From: an uncultured delta proteobacterium
GTDB taxonomy: Bacteria; Desulfobacterota; Desulfobulbia; Desulfobulbales; Desulfurivibrionaceae
NCBI GenBank assembly: GCA_903869265.1
Contig: CAIPYE010000005.1
Span: 97,292 to 161,291, forward strand
Reading direction: 5' to 3'
DNA length: 64,000 nucleotides
A program made the position numbers and the translations under genes. The notes under the pieces are model-generated. The model saw only the letters and a list, made by a program, of their open reading frames with translations, was not told the origin of the DNA and did no database searches. Positions 57,153 to 64,000 of this stretch are shown here, one piece after another (the first letter of the stretch is position 1; every line of letters begins with the position of its first letter).

Positions 57153-58574
57153 TCAGCCCAATGCCGCCCGATACTCCCGCGCCTTGGCCACCAGGGCCGG
57201 AGCCCAGTTCGGGGTACCCAGTGCATGGATATGGGTGTACAGCGCCAACACATTTTTGAACACCAACCCATCCCGGCCACCGACAAACCCCACCCCGCGC
57301 TCCATCCGCAGGGCAAGCTGACCAGCCTCGCCGCCCCATTCCTCCACCCGGCTGTAGCGGAATTCATGCCCCTTGATCTCGGTGCCCTCGGGATAATACG
57401 GATTTTGTCCCTCGACCTTCAACACGGTATAGCCATGGGCCTGGGGTTTTTTCATCAGGCCGAAGCGCACCGGAAAGAGCCCCACCAGAGGGAAGACCTC
57501 GTCACCAAGGACCATGCTTTCGCCAAGATAGATCAGGCCGCCGCACTCGGCGTAAATGGGCAGCCCGGTTTCGGCTGCTTTTTTTAACGAGGCGCGAAAA
57601 AAAACATTGGTGGAAAGCGCACGGGCGCTGGTCTCAGGGAATCCTCCGCCGATATAGAGGCCATCAAGCTGCGGCAACTCCGTGGCGGTCAAGGCATTGA
57701 TCTCCACCAATTGGGCGCCGCACCGGGTGAGCGCCTCCAGGTTTTCCGCATAGTAAAACTGAAAGGCCGCATCCTTGAGAATGCCGATCCGCACCGAATC
57801 TTTCGCACTCTGCTGGTCCGGCCGCAGCGCTTCCGGCTCGCTGGCGCAGGGGGCCATCATCTTTTCTACCCCGGCAAGATCCAGATAGCGCGTTGCCTTA
57901 TCAGCCAAGATTTGCACCGCCGCCTCGGCCCCCGCATGCTCCGGGCAGGGAGTTATCCCCAAATGCCGCTGCGGAAAGGCGTCCTCTTTGGACCGGGGCA
58001 TGGCGCCCAGAACCGGGATACCGGTATACTGTTCCACCGCCTGCCGGACAAGGGCCTCGTGCCGGGGCGTGCCCACCCGGTTTAAAATCACCCCGCCGAT
58101 TTTCACTTCCGGATCAAAACGCTGGCAGCCCAGCACCAGGGCGGCCACGGTGCGGGTAGTTTTGGTGCAGTCAACCACCAGCAGCACCGGCAACCCCAAG
58201 GCCTTGGCAAGTTCGGCCGTGCTGAAGGTTCCCTCGGCATCAACCCCATCATATAGCCCACGGTTGCCCTCGATGATAACCAGCTCCCGCCCGTGCACCT
58301 GGGTGCGGAAAGAATGACCAAGCGCTTCCGGGGTCATGAGGTAGGGATCGAGATTGTAACAGGGATACCCGGCGGCCAAGGCCAGCCAGCCTGCGTCAAT
58401 ATAGTCCGGCCCCTTTTTGAAAGGGACAACCTGCCGCCCCTGCCCGGCGAAGGCCGCAGCCAGCCCAACTGCGATCACGCTTTTTCCGGCGCCGCCTCCC
58501 AAGCCCGCCACCACCAAGCCCTTTGCTGAATGTTCGTGCTCTGCGGCCAAGCCCTTTCCTCCCGAAGTCATCAT
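57153..58574 (-). CDS. dsrN: Cobyrinate a,c-diamide synthase family amidase, DsrN-like (putative siroheme amidase)
   Basis: N-terminal CbiA-type P-loop GLGGGAGKS and a C-terminal GATase-1 domain (ECGGLIYL). It lies close to dsrABD. Confidence 0.7.
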   Translation of the reverse strand: MMTSGGKGLAAEHEHSAKGLVVAGLGGGAGKSVIAVGLAAAFAGQGRQVVPFKKGPDYIDAGWLALAAGYPCYNLDPYLMTPEALGHSFRTQVHGRELVIIEGNRGLYDGVDAEGTFSTAELAKALGLPVLLVVDCTKTTRTVAALVLGCQRFDPEVKIGGVILNRVGTPRHEALVRQAVEQYTGIPVLGAMPRSKEDAFPQRHLGITPCPEHAGAEAAVQILADKATRYLDLAGVEKMMAPCASEPEALRPDQQSAKDSVRIGILKDAAFQFYYAENLEALTRCGAQLVEINALTATELPQLDGLYIGGGFPETSARALSTNVFFRASLKKAAETGLPIYAECGGLIYLGESMVLGDEVFPLVGLFPVRFGLMKKPQAHGYTVLKVEGQNPYYPEGTEIKGHEFRYSRVEEWGGEAGQLALRMERGVGFVGGRDGLVFKNVLALYTHIHALGTPNWAPALVAKAREYRAALG

Positions 58575-58879
58575 CTGCCCTCAACCCACATTGTGATCAT
58601 CCCGCGCACAGGAAACCATCTGGTGCTTCCGCTGTCAAGCGGTTGCACCAGACCAGCTGCGGCCACAGCCCAGACCGGCAAAGATTTTGACGAAGTTTTC
58701 ACCATATGGTACTTTGCCCCACTTGCACACCGTCGCAGCCATGCTTATATATATCCCACTTTGGCTGTTTGCCGGTGCTTTCCGTGCCAAATTTTTTTTC
58801 TGAAACGCCATCTGCTTTTTTTCGAGATTACAAAGCGGATCTACGATTTTCAACCATTTTGAAAAATGAGGACGCCCCC

Positions 58880-59503
58880 ATGTCTGCCCAACAAGAAGAT
58901 CTGAGCAAGATCATTGAAGAACTTGAACAAAAATGCATTGAACTGCCGGACAATATTGTGGCCCACCACCATCTGGCCCTGGTCTACCGCAAGGCCGGAA
59001 GAACTGCCGATGCCATGCGGTCGCTGGAAAGATGCCTGAAAATCGACCCCCATGCCGTGGAGGCGCTCATCAACATCGGGGCCATGCATTTTGAGCAGGG
59101 CGAACTGGACAAGGCGCTGGCCGCAAACCAGGCGGCGGTGCAGGTCAATCCTGCCCTGGCCCAGCCCCACAACAACATCGGCCTCATCTGGCAACAGAAG
59201 GGCGAAAGCGACAAAGCCATCGAGGCCTATACCTTGGCCACGATGAACGACCCCAAGATGCACATGGCCTGGATCAATCTGGCTTCGGCCCAGGTCATGG
59301 CCGGCAATTTCGCGCTTGCGGTCAAGGCCGCCAAGGAAGCGGTGAAGCTTGAGCCGGACTTCCCCATGGCCCACAACAATCTCGCGGTTGCGCTCTATTA
59401 CAACAAGGATTTCCAGGCGGCCAAAAAGTCGCTCACCAAGGCAAAGGAACTCGGCTATGCGGTTGACCCGCGTCTTGTCGAGGCCATCGAGAAAGAGCTG
59501 TAA
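58880..59503 (+). CDS. TPR-repeat protein
   Basis: Several 34-aa TPR units (for example AHHHLALVYRKAGRTADAMRSLERCLKIDP). GAGGA SD 7 nt before ATG 58880. Confidence 0.75.
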   Translation: MSAQQEDLSKIIEELEQKCIELPDNIVAHHHLALVYRKAGRTADAMRSLERCLKIDPHAVEALINIGAMHFEQGELDKALAANQAAVQVNPALAQPHNNIGLIWQQKGESDKAIEAYTLATMNDPKMHMAWINLASAQVMAGNFALAVKAAKEAVKLEPDFPMAHNNLAVALYYNKDFQAAKKSLTKAKELGYAVDPRLVEAIEKEL

Positions 59504-59505
59504 TC

Positions 59506-60654
59506 ATGGTGAAAGAAGCACAGATAAAGGTTCGACCCTGGTGTCCGTTCTGCGGTCAAGATGTAGGTCGGCCCCAGGAACCGGTGCAACGCAAGCTGGA
59601 CGAATTCACCGTGGGCGAATGCCAATGCGGCGCGACATACACCTGCGACCCCACCGGCTTCAATGTGGGAGCGGCCATGGTCGAGGCCATAGTCCATGCC
59701 TGCGATGACAACTGGGATCTGGCCTGGGAACTGCTTCCCGACGAGGATTACCTCACCGGCCGGATCGACAATTACGACGAGCAGACCCACCAGGTTTACG
59801 AGACCAAGAATGTCGATGGCCGCAAGGTGGCGGGGGTTCTCTATTTTGTTCGGCTCAACCGGGAGCTGGCCGCACTTGCCAACCGTCTTCACACGGACAA
59901 AAATGCCAAGAACAGCGCCCTGTGCCAGGAAGATCCGACACGCGATCTCCCGGCCATGGAACCGGTACGCGACCCAAAATGCAAGAAGAAACGGGCCGAT
60001 AAGGCGATAATCTCCCGGATGATGGCAGGCCAGGACATCGACGGCTTGGTGGATCTGGCCTTGGACGATCTCAAGACCCTGCGGTACATCCAGCGGCTGC
60101 TCTATGACCCGGACGAGGGAAAACGGTGGCAATACGCCCATATTTTAGGGCAGGTCTGCCGGCGGCTCTCCACCCGAAAACCCGGGGCGGTGAGCGACCT
60201 GCTCCACCGTCTGTACGAGGCCTGTTCCGATTCAGCCGCCGCCCACTGGGGGCTGCTGGAGTCCATCGGTTCCATCATCGCGGCCCGTCCCGACATCTAC
60301 GGCGCCTTTGCCAGGCATCTACTCATGCACCGGGGAGCTCCCTCCAGCAGGGTTCAGGTGCTGTGGGCCTTGGGCACCTTGGCTGAAAAACGGCCGGACA
60401 TTGTCCGCTCCACCCCGTTTTACAGCCTGTTCCCCTTTATCACCCACCCGGAACCAATCACCAGGGGCCATGCGGTCCGACTGATGGGGCGGATTGCTGC
60501 CACCGAGGTGGAAAGTGAGATCGAAAAACTGACCGGCGACCAAGCCGGATTAACTATTTATGAGCAGGGACAACCCGTGCACACCACCGTGGCGGAACTT
60601 GCCAAGGAAGCACTGGCCCGGCTGCACAAAACAAAAGAGCCAAAAAATGACTGA
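59506..60654 (+). CDS. Hypothetical protein: N-terminal zinc-ribbon-like domain plus C-terminal HEAT/ARM-like repeats
   Basis: WCPFCGQ...GECQCGATYTC, then helical repeats (WQYAHILGQV..., AAHWGLLESIG..., VLWALGTLAEKRP..., GHAVRLMGRIA). The start lies 3 nt after the upstream stop. Confidence 0.6.
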   Translation: MVKEAQIKVRPWCPFCGQDVGRPQEPVQRKLDEFTVGECQCGATYTCDPTGFNVGAAMVEAIVHACDDNWDLAWELLPDEDYLTGRIDNYDEQTHQVYETKNVDGRKVAGVLYFVRLNRELAALANRLHTDKNAKNSALCQEDPTRDLPAMEPVRDPKCKKKRADKAIISRMMAGQDIDGLVDLALDDLKTLRYIQRLLYDPDEGKRWQYAHILGQVCRRLSTRKPGAVSDLLHRLYEACSDSAAAHWGLLESIGSIIAARPDIYGAFARHLLMHRGAPSSRVQVLWALGTLAEKRPDIVRSTPFYSLFPFITHPEPITRGHAVRLMGRIAATEVESEIEKLTGDQAGLTIYEQGQPVHTTVAELAKEALARLHKTKEPKND

Positions 60655-61219
60655 ACAACAAAAACAGGATCAAGAAGTAAAGGAAGAAAAAAGCCAGGCC
60701 CAACTCGATTACGAGGCTGGCCAGGAATTTCTCAAAAACCTCGAACCGGGCCAGGCAGCCAATGCCTTTCACAACGCACTCATCGCCTTTGAAATCGAAG
60801 GCAATGAAAACGGCGTTGCCAATGCGGCGGACAAACTGGGCGATATCTGCGCGGCACGCGGCGATGTGGCAACGGCCATGAGCCATTACGACCGGGCCTA
60901 TGGTATCTGCCAGAAGCACTCGGACCGTTTCAGCCTTTTTTCCATCGAAAAGAAAAAGGCCAAGCTCATGTACGATGCCAAAGACTATGACCAGGCCATC
61001 CGCCTGTATACCGAGGTTCTTGATGAATACGGCGCTCTGAGAAATCCCCAGGGATCGGTGGATACGCTGGAAACTCTTGCGGAAATCTATCTGGCAAAAG
61101 GAGAAAAGAGCAAGGCGGCGGATGCATACCGAACGGTGGCGGCGATCCACACGAGCTTCAAACACAGCCGCCATGCGGAAAAGTTTCTGCAAAAAGCAGC
61201 GGAGACCGAGAAGAACTAG
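60647..61219 (+). CDS. TPR-like helical-repeat protein
   Basis: TPR-like units. The start overlaps the upstream gene by 8 nt. Confidence 0.6.
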   Translation: MTEQQKQDQEVKEEKSQAQLDYEAGQEFLKNLEPGQAANAFHNALIAFEIEGNENGVANAADKLGDICAARGDVATAMSHYDRAYGICQKHSDRFSLFSIEKKKAKLMYDAKDYDQAIRLYTEVLDEYGALRNPQGSVDTLETLAEIYLAKGEKSKAADAYRTVAAIHTSFKHSRHAEKFLQKAAETEKN

Positions 61220-61252
61220 CGAACGCGGAGAGATTTCCCCACGAATACAATC

Positions 61253-61837
61253 CTATTTTTTCTCTGCGGCAGGTGGGGCCTCAGCAAAAGCGCTGAATGC
61301 CGACTGCTCTAGAATCACGGAGGCGATGGGCCAACGCCTTGCGCCCATTTCTTCTCCTGCGAACCGGACGGAAAGATCATGGAGTATCCGCTGTAGGGAA
61401 GCAAGATTGACCGTGGGGTATGATTTCCCCGGCTCGAAACCGGAAAGGCCGCAAACATGCCCCTTGCCGTCGATCACCGTAGGAATCCCATACGTTCGAC
61501 AGTTTACAGGACGTGCCCCATAGCAGAGGCACTGACCTTGCGCATCAAGAAGGGGGCACCTGATCCGCGCCACCGCCGGATCAAGCCGCGATTCCATGGT
61601 CTGCTCCCAGCCCTGCAGGGCCTCTTGCGCCGCAACCGCTACCTGTTCCCGCACAGCATGGTCCAATTTCTGGAAATGGGCCAAAAGATTGACTGCCTCG
61701 ACAAGAGAGACGTCAAACACAGCGTGGCAACAGTCAGCGCATCCCTTTCCGCAAGCGATAGCCTCGGGATGCGCCTGCCGCACGGCCTCAAATGCCTGGT
61801 CAATGGCAAAAAAAAGCGTGTCCAAATCGTGGCCCAT
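61253..61837 (-). CDS. YkgJ-family (UPF0153, CxxCxxCC-type) Cys-cluster protein
   Basis: ACGKGCADCCH plus a second cluster region CPLLDAQGQCLCYGARPVNCRTYG. Start at ATG 61837 with GGAAGGTGAG SD. Confidence 0.7.
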   Translation of the reverse strand: MGHDLDTLFFAIDQAFEAVRQAHPEAIACGKGCADCCHAVFDVSLVEAVNLLAHFQKLDHAVREQVAVAAQEALQGWEQTMESRLDPAVARIRCPLLDAQGQCLCYGARPVNCRTYGIPTVIDGKGHVCGLSGFEPGKSYPTVNLASLQRILHDLSVRFAGEEMGARRWPIASVILEQSAFSAFAEAPPAAEKK

Positions 61838-61879
61838 GGCCAGTCTCACCTTCCAAAATCAGATAAATCGGCAGATCGC

Positions 61880-61911
61880 AAAAAAAAAAATGCAGAGGAA
61901 ACCCTCTGCAT
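61880..61911 (-). terminator. Strong Rho-independent terminator after dsrD
   Basis: The minus strand reads ATGCAGAGG-GTTT-CCTCTGCAT followed by a run of about 11 T. Confidence 0.85.
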
Positions 61912-61939
61912 TTTTCATCTACCAGCTGAAAAACAAAAA

Positions 61940-62173
61940 CTAGCGATGTTCTTCGTCCTTGGCCCGGCCTTTTGCAGCGTACATGGTGGTGCTGCCGCTG
62001 GACCAGAAGTCCATCTTGCCTTCCTTAACCAGATCGTTGGCCGCGTTTTTTACATCACGGGGTCCGGCTTCCGGATCACAGGCATAAAAATCCTTTACAT
62101 AAAGCTGGGCCTTGGGGCCGGTCAGCGCTTTTTCAAGGATAGCTGCTTTTAACTCATCTTTGCTTAATGCCAT
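61940..62173 (-). CDS. dsrD: DsrD
   Basis: FWSSGSTTMYAAKG matches the DsrD signature (YWSSGSTTMYGLKG in Desulfovibrio). AAGGAG SD before ATG 62173. Confidence 0.92.
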   Translation of the reverse strand: MALSKDELKAAILEKALTGPKAQLYVKDFYACDPEAGPRDVKNAANDLVKEGKMDFWSSGSTTMYAAKGRAKDEEHR

Positions 62174-62293
62174 GGTACTTACTCCTTTCAATAAGGGTTT
62201 TACGCAAGCACATCAAAACAATCAAAAGAACAAGGCCAGCAGTTCACAGAACAAAGGAACTACTGACCCTGATTCATGTGAAGACCGTTCGCC

Positions 62294-63424
62294 TTACTTG
62301 ATATGGCTGGTGAACTTGAACTGAGTGGTAGTTCTCCAAGTATCATAGGCCAGACGATAATCGTCAACGGACTTGATGGTAAAGGGGATACCGGTCTTTT
62401 CGAAGAATTTCTCCCAACCGATCCGTGCTGCCCACTCGCCAACACGCTCGTACTTGCGCGCGTCCTTGGCGTAAGTCTCAAGGATATTCTTCACTGCGGC
62501 AACGGTCTCAGGCCAACGGGGCGGAGTGTTGGGCAGAAAGGGAATAACCAGCTTGGAAAACATCGGCATGGACCTGGAGTTAGAAACCTTGCCGCCAACC
62601 AAGATCGCGATACCGTCACCATCCGGATCAGCCAAAGGCATGGCCGGGCACATGGTGTAGCAGTTACCGCAGAACATGCAGCGCTCGGCATTAACCTTTA
62701 CGGACTTGATGTCTTCACCCGCGCTGTTCTTCACGGTTGCAGGCTTAACCGCGCCCAGAGGACATGCGGAGATGGCAAGGGGCAGCTCGCAGAGACCGGT
62801 AATCGCATCATGATCGATCATCGGTGGCTTGCGATGCACGCCGAGGATGGCGATATCGGAAGCATGAACCGCGCCGCACATGTTCAGACAGCAGGCCAAG
62901 GCAACACGAACCTGGGCCGGCAGCTTGTGACTGACGAAGTAGTCGAACAGCTCGTCCATGACCGCTTTAACCACGCCGGAAGCATCGGTTGCCGGAGTGT
63001 GGCAATGAACCCAGCCCTGGGTATGCACGCAGTTGCTGACAGAGGCGCCGGTTCCGCCAACGGGGAACTTGTTGCCGCGGCTCTTCAGGTCGTCCAACAG
63101 GGGCTGAACCTTGGCCTTGGCATCCACCATGAATTCGACGTTGTTCCGGGTGGTCCAACGAACGTAGCCATCGCAATGCTTGTCGGCAATATCGCAGATC
63201 TCGCGGATCAACTCGATACTGATGAGACGGGCTGCACCAATACGGACGGTGTAGCACTCGTCGCCGCTCTCACCCTTGTGCATCAAGACACCGGGTTGCA
63301 GTATCTCGTGGTACAGCCATTTGCCGTAGTTCTTTTTAACCACCGGCGGGAAAAACTGCTCGTAATGTGGCGGACCGATGTCTGTGATTCTGTCGGCCAT
63401 CGGATTCGCTGGATCGTAACCCAT
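62294..63424 (-). CDS. dsrB: Dissimilatory sulfite reductase beta subunit
   Basis: N-terminus [42 protein letters not shown] parallels Desulfovibrio DsrB. A ferredoxin-domain Cys cluster is present. AAGGAGG SD. Confidence 0.95.
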   Translation of the reverse strand: MGYDPANPMADRITDIGPPHYEQFFPPVVKKNYGKWLYHEILQPGVLMHKGESGDECYTVRIGAARLISIELIREICDIADKHCDGYVRWTTRNNVEFMVDAKAKVQPLLDDLKSRGNKFPVGGTGASVSNCVHTQGWVHCHTPATDASGVVKAVMDELFDYFVSHKLPAQVRVALACCLNMCGAVHASDIAILGVHRKPPMIDHDAITGLCELPLAISACPLGAVKPATVKNSAGEDIKSVKVNAERCMFCGNCYTMCPAMPLADPDGDGIAILVGGKVSNSRSMPMFSKLVIPFLPNTPPRWPETVAAVKNILETYAKDARKYERVGEWAARIGWEKFFEKTGIPFTIKSVDDYRLAYDTWRTTTQFKFTSHIK

Positions 63425-63489
63425 GATAATTCCTCCTTATATCGTGAAATCAAATAAGTTCAATGTCGTATCAGCAACAGCACTGCACC

Positions 63490-64000
63490 TTACTGGGCGT
63501 TGCGCTTGCGGAATTCCCTAATATCACGTTCAAAGCCACCTTCAACCTCGTCTTCTTGCCAGAATACATAGGGGTTGGAGCGGGGCTCCTTGATATGCTG
63601 CGGCAAAGGTGTCACTTCCATGACCTTCAGGAAGGTCGGCAGGCCTACACGCTGAATGGTCTCGCCAACACGCTCGCGGTTTTTCCCGACTTCCATCCAC
63701 CAATCCCAAATCTTCTCGATAACCTCGATTACTTCGGCATACTCGGTATCCTTGTTGATCTCGAGGAAGGGGATGGTCATGGTAGCAAACTGGGCGCCAT
63801 CGAGAATCGGGGCCTTAGCGCCGACACAGATCGTAGCGCCTTGCTTCTTGCCGGGACGCAAGGCACGGGGCATTACGTTGATGCAATGCATGCAGCGGGT
63901 GCACTCGGAGTTGTCGATCTTGAGCGTGTCGCCTTCCATCCACATACATTCGGTGGGACAGAGATCAAGAACCTCCTTCTTGATGTCGAACTTGCCCCAG
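63490..64000 (-). CDS. dsrA: Dissimilatory sulfite reductase alpha subunit (3' part; continues beyond the window)
   Basis: C-terminal ferredoxin-like domain CTRCMHCINVMP. It sits immediately upstream of dsrB, and the ORF is open to the window edge. Confidence 0.9.
   Translation of the reverse strand, partial: WGKFDIKKEVLDLCPTECMWMEGDTLKIDNSECTRCMHCINVMPRALRPGKKQGATICVGAKAPILDGAQFATMTIPFLEINKDTEYAEVIEVIEKIWDWWMEVGKNRERVGETIQRVGLPTFLKVMEVTPLPQHIKEPRSNPYVFWQEDEVEGGFERDIREFRKRNAQ

Noticed and set aside
58706-58879. An upstream in-frame extension of the TPR gene (ORF track start at 58706).
   Set aside because: The extension is Cys/Pro/Phe-rich and non-TPR, and it overlaps the predicted promoter. 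The ATG at 58880 has a proper GAGGA SD at 7 nt.

Overview
This is a 64-kb chromosomal window from a GC-rich, dsr-carrying genome of Desulfobacterota type (deltaproteobacterial, Desulfobulbales-like). The taxon is inferred from gene content only. The right edge carries dsrA (partial), dsrB and dsrD, and a dsrN-like amidase lies about 3.4 kb away.

Most of the window is housekeeping:
- Translation and tRNA: asnS, trpS, argS, tRNA-Leu(CAG), a Dus-family gene.
- Core functions: secA, clpB, argJ, alr, gltA, thiE, ribF, dinB, hflKC.
- Signalling and motility: a PAS hybrid kinase, a CheZ-like protein, PilZ, GGDEF, HDOD, an MCP, motAB, and a sigma-54 two-component pair.

I found no transposase, integrase, phage gene, cas gene, CRISPR array or recognisable defence system.

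Signals most worth follow-up:
1. A 95-96 bp conserved non-coding module occurs three times. Each copy is intergenic and points into the downstream gene (asnS, trpS, and a GNAT gene upstream of secA/argJ). Its first 30 bp form a CRISPR-repeat-like hairpin.
2. A complete sigma-54 regulatory unit: histidine kinase, NtrC-type regulator, two tandem 16-bp palindromes and a near-consensus -24/-12 promoter. It drives a Cys-rich DUF2318 / FtsX-type ABC operon that has no P19 or Ftr1 partner.
3. A CheZ-like phosphatase about 2.5 times the usual length, next to a PilZ gene.
4. A tightly coupled operon (TPR, zinc-ribbon/HEAT-like, TPR) plus a YkgJ-type gene, wedged between dsrD and dsrN.
5. Two decayed genes (an ArsB/YbiR-type permease and a ROK kinase) flanking an intact MscS-type channel.
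6. A 67-aa Cys-rich ORF with a strong Shine-Dalgarno (SD) sequence that no larger gene explains.

All calls come from reading the sequence and the ORF track. No database search or computation was run.
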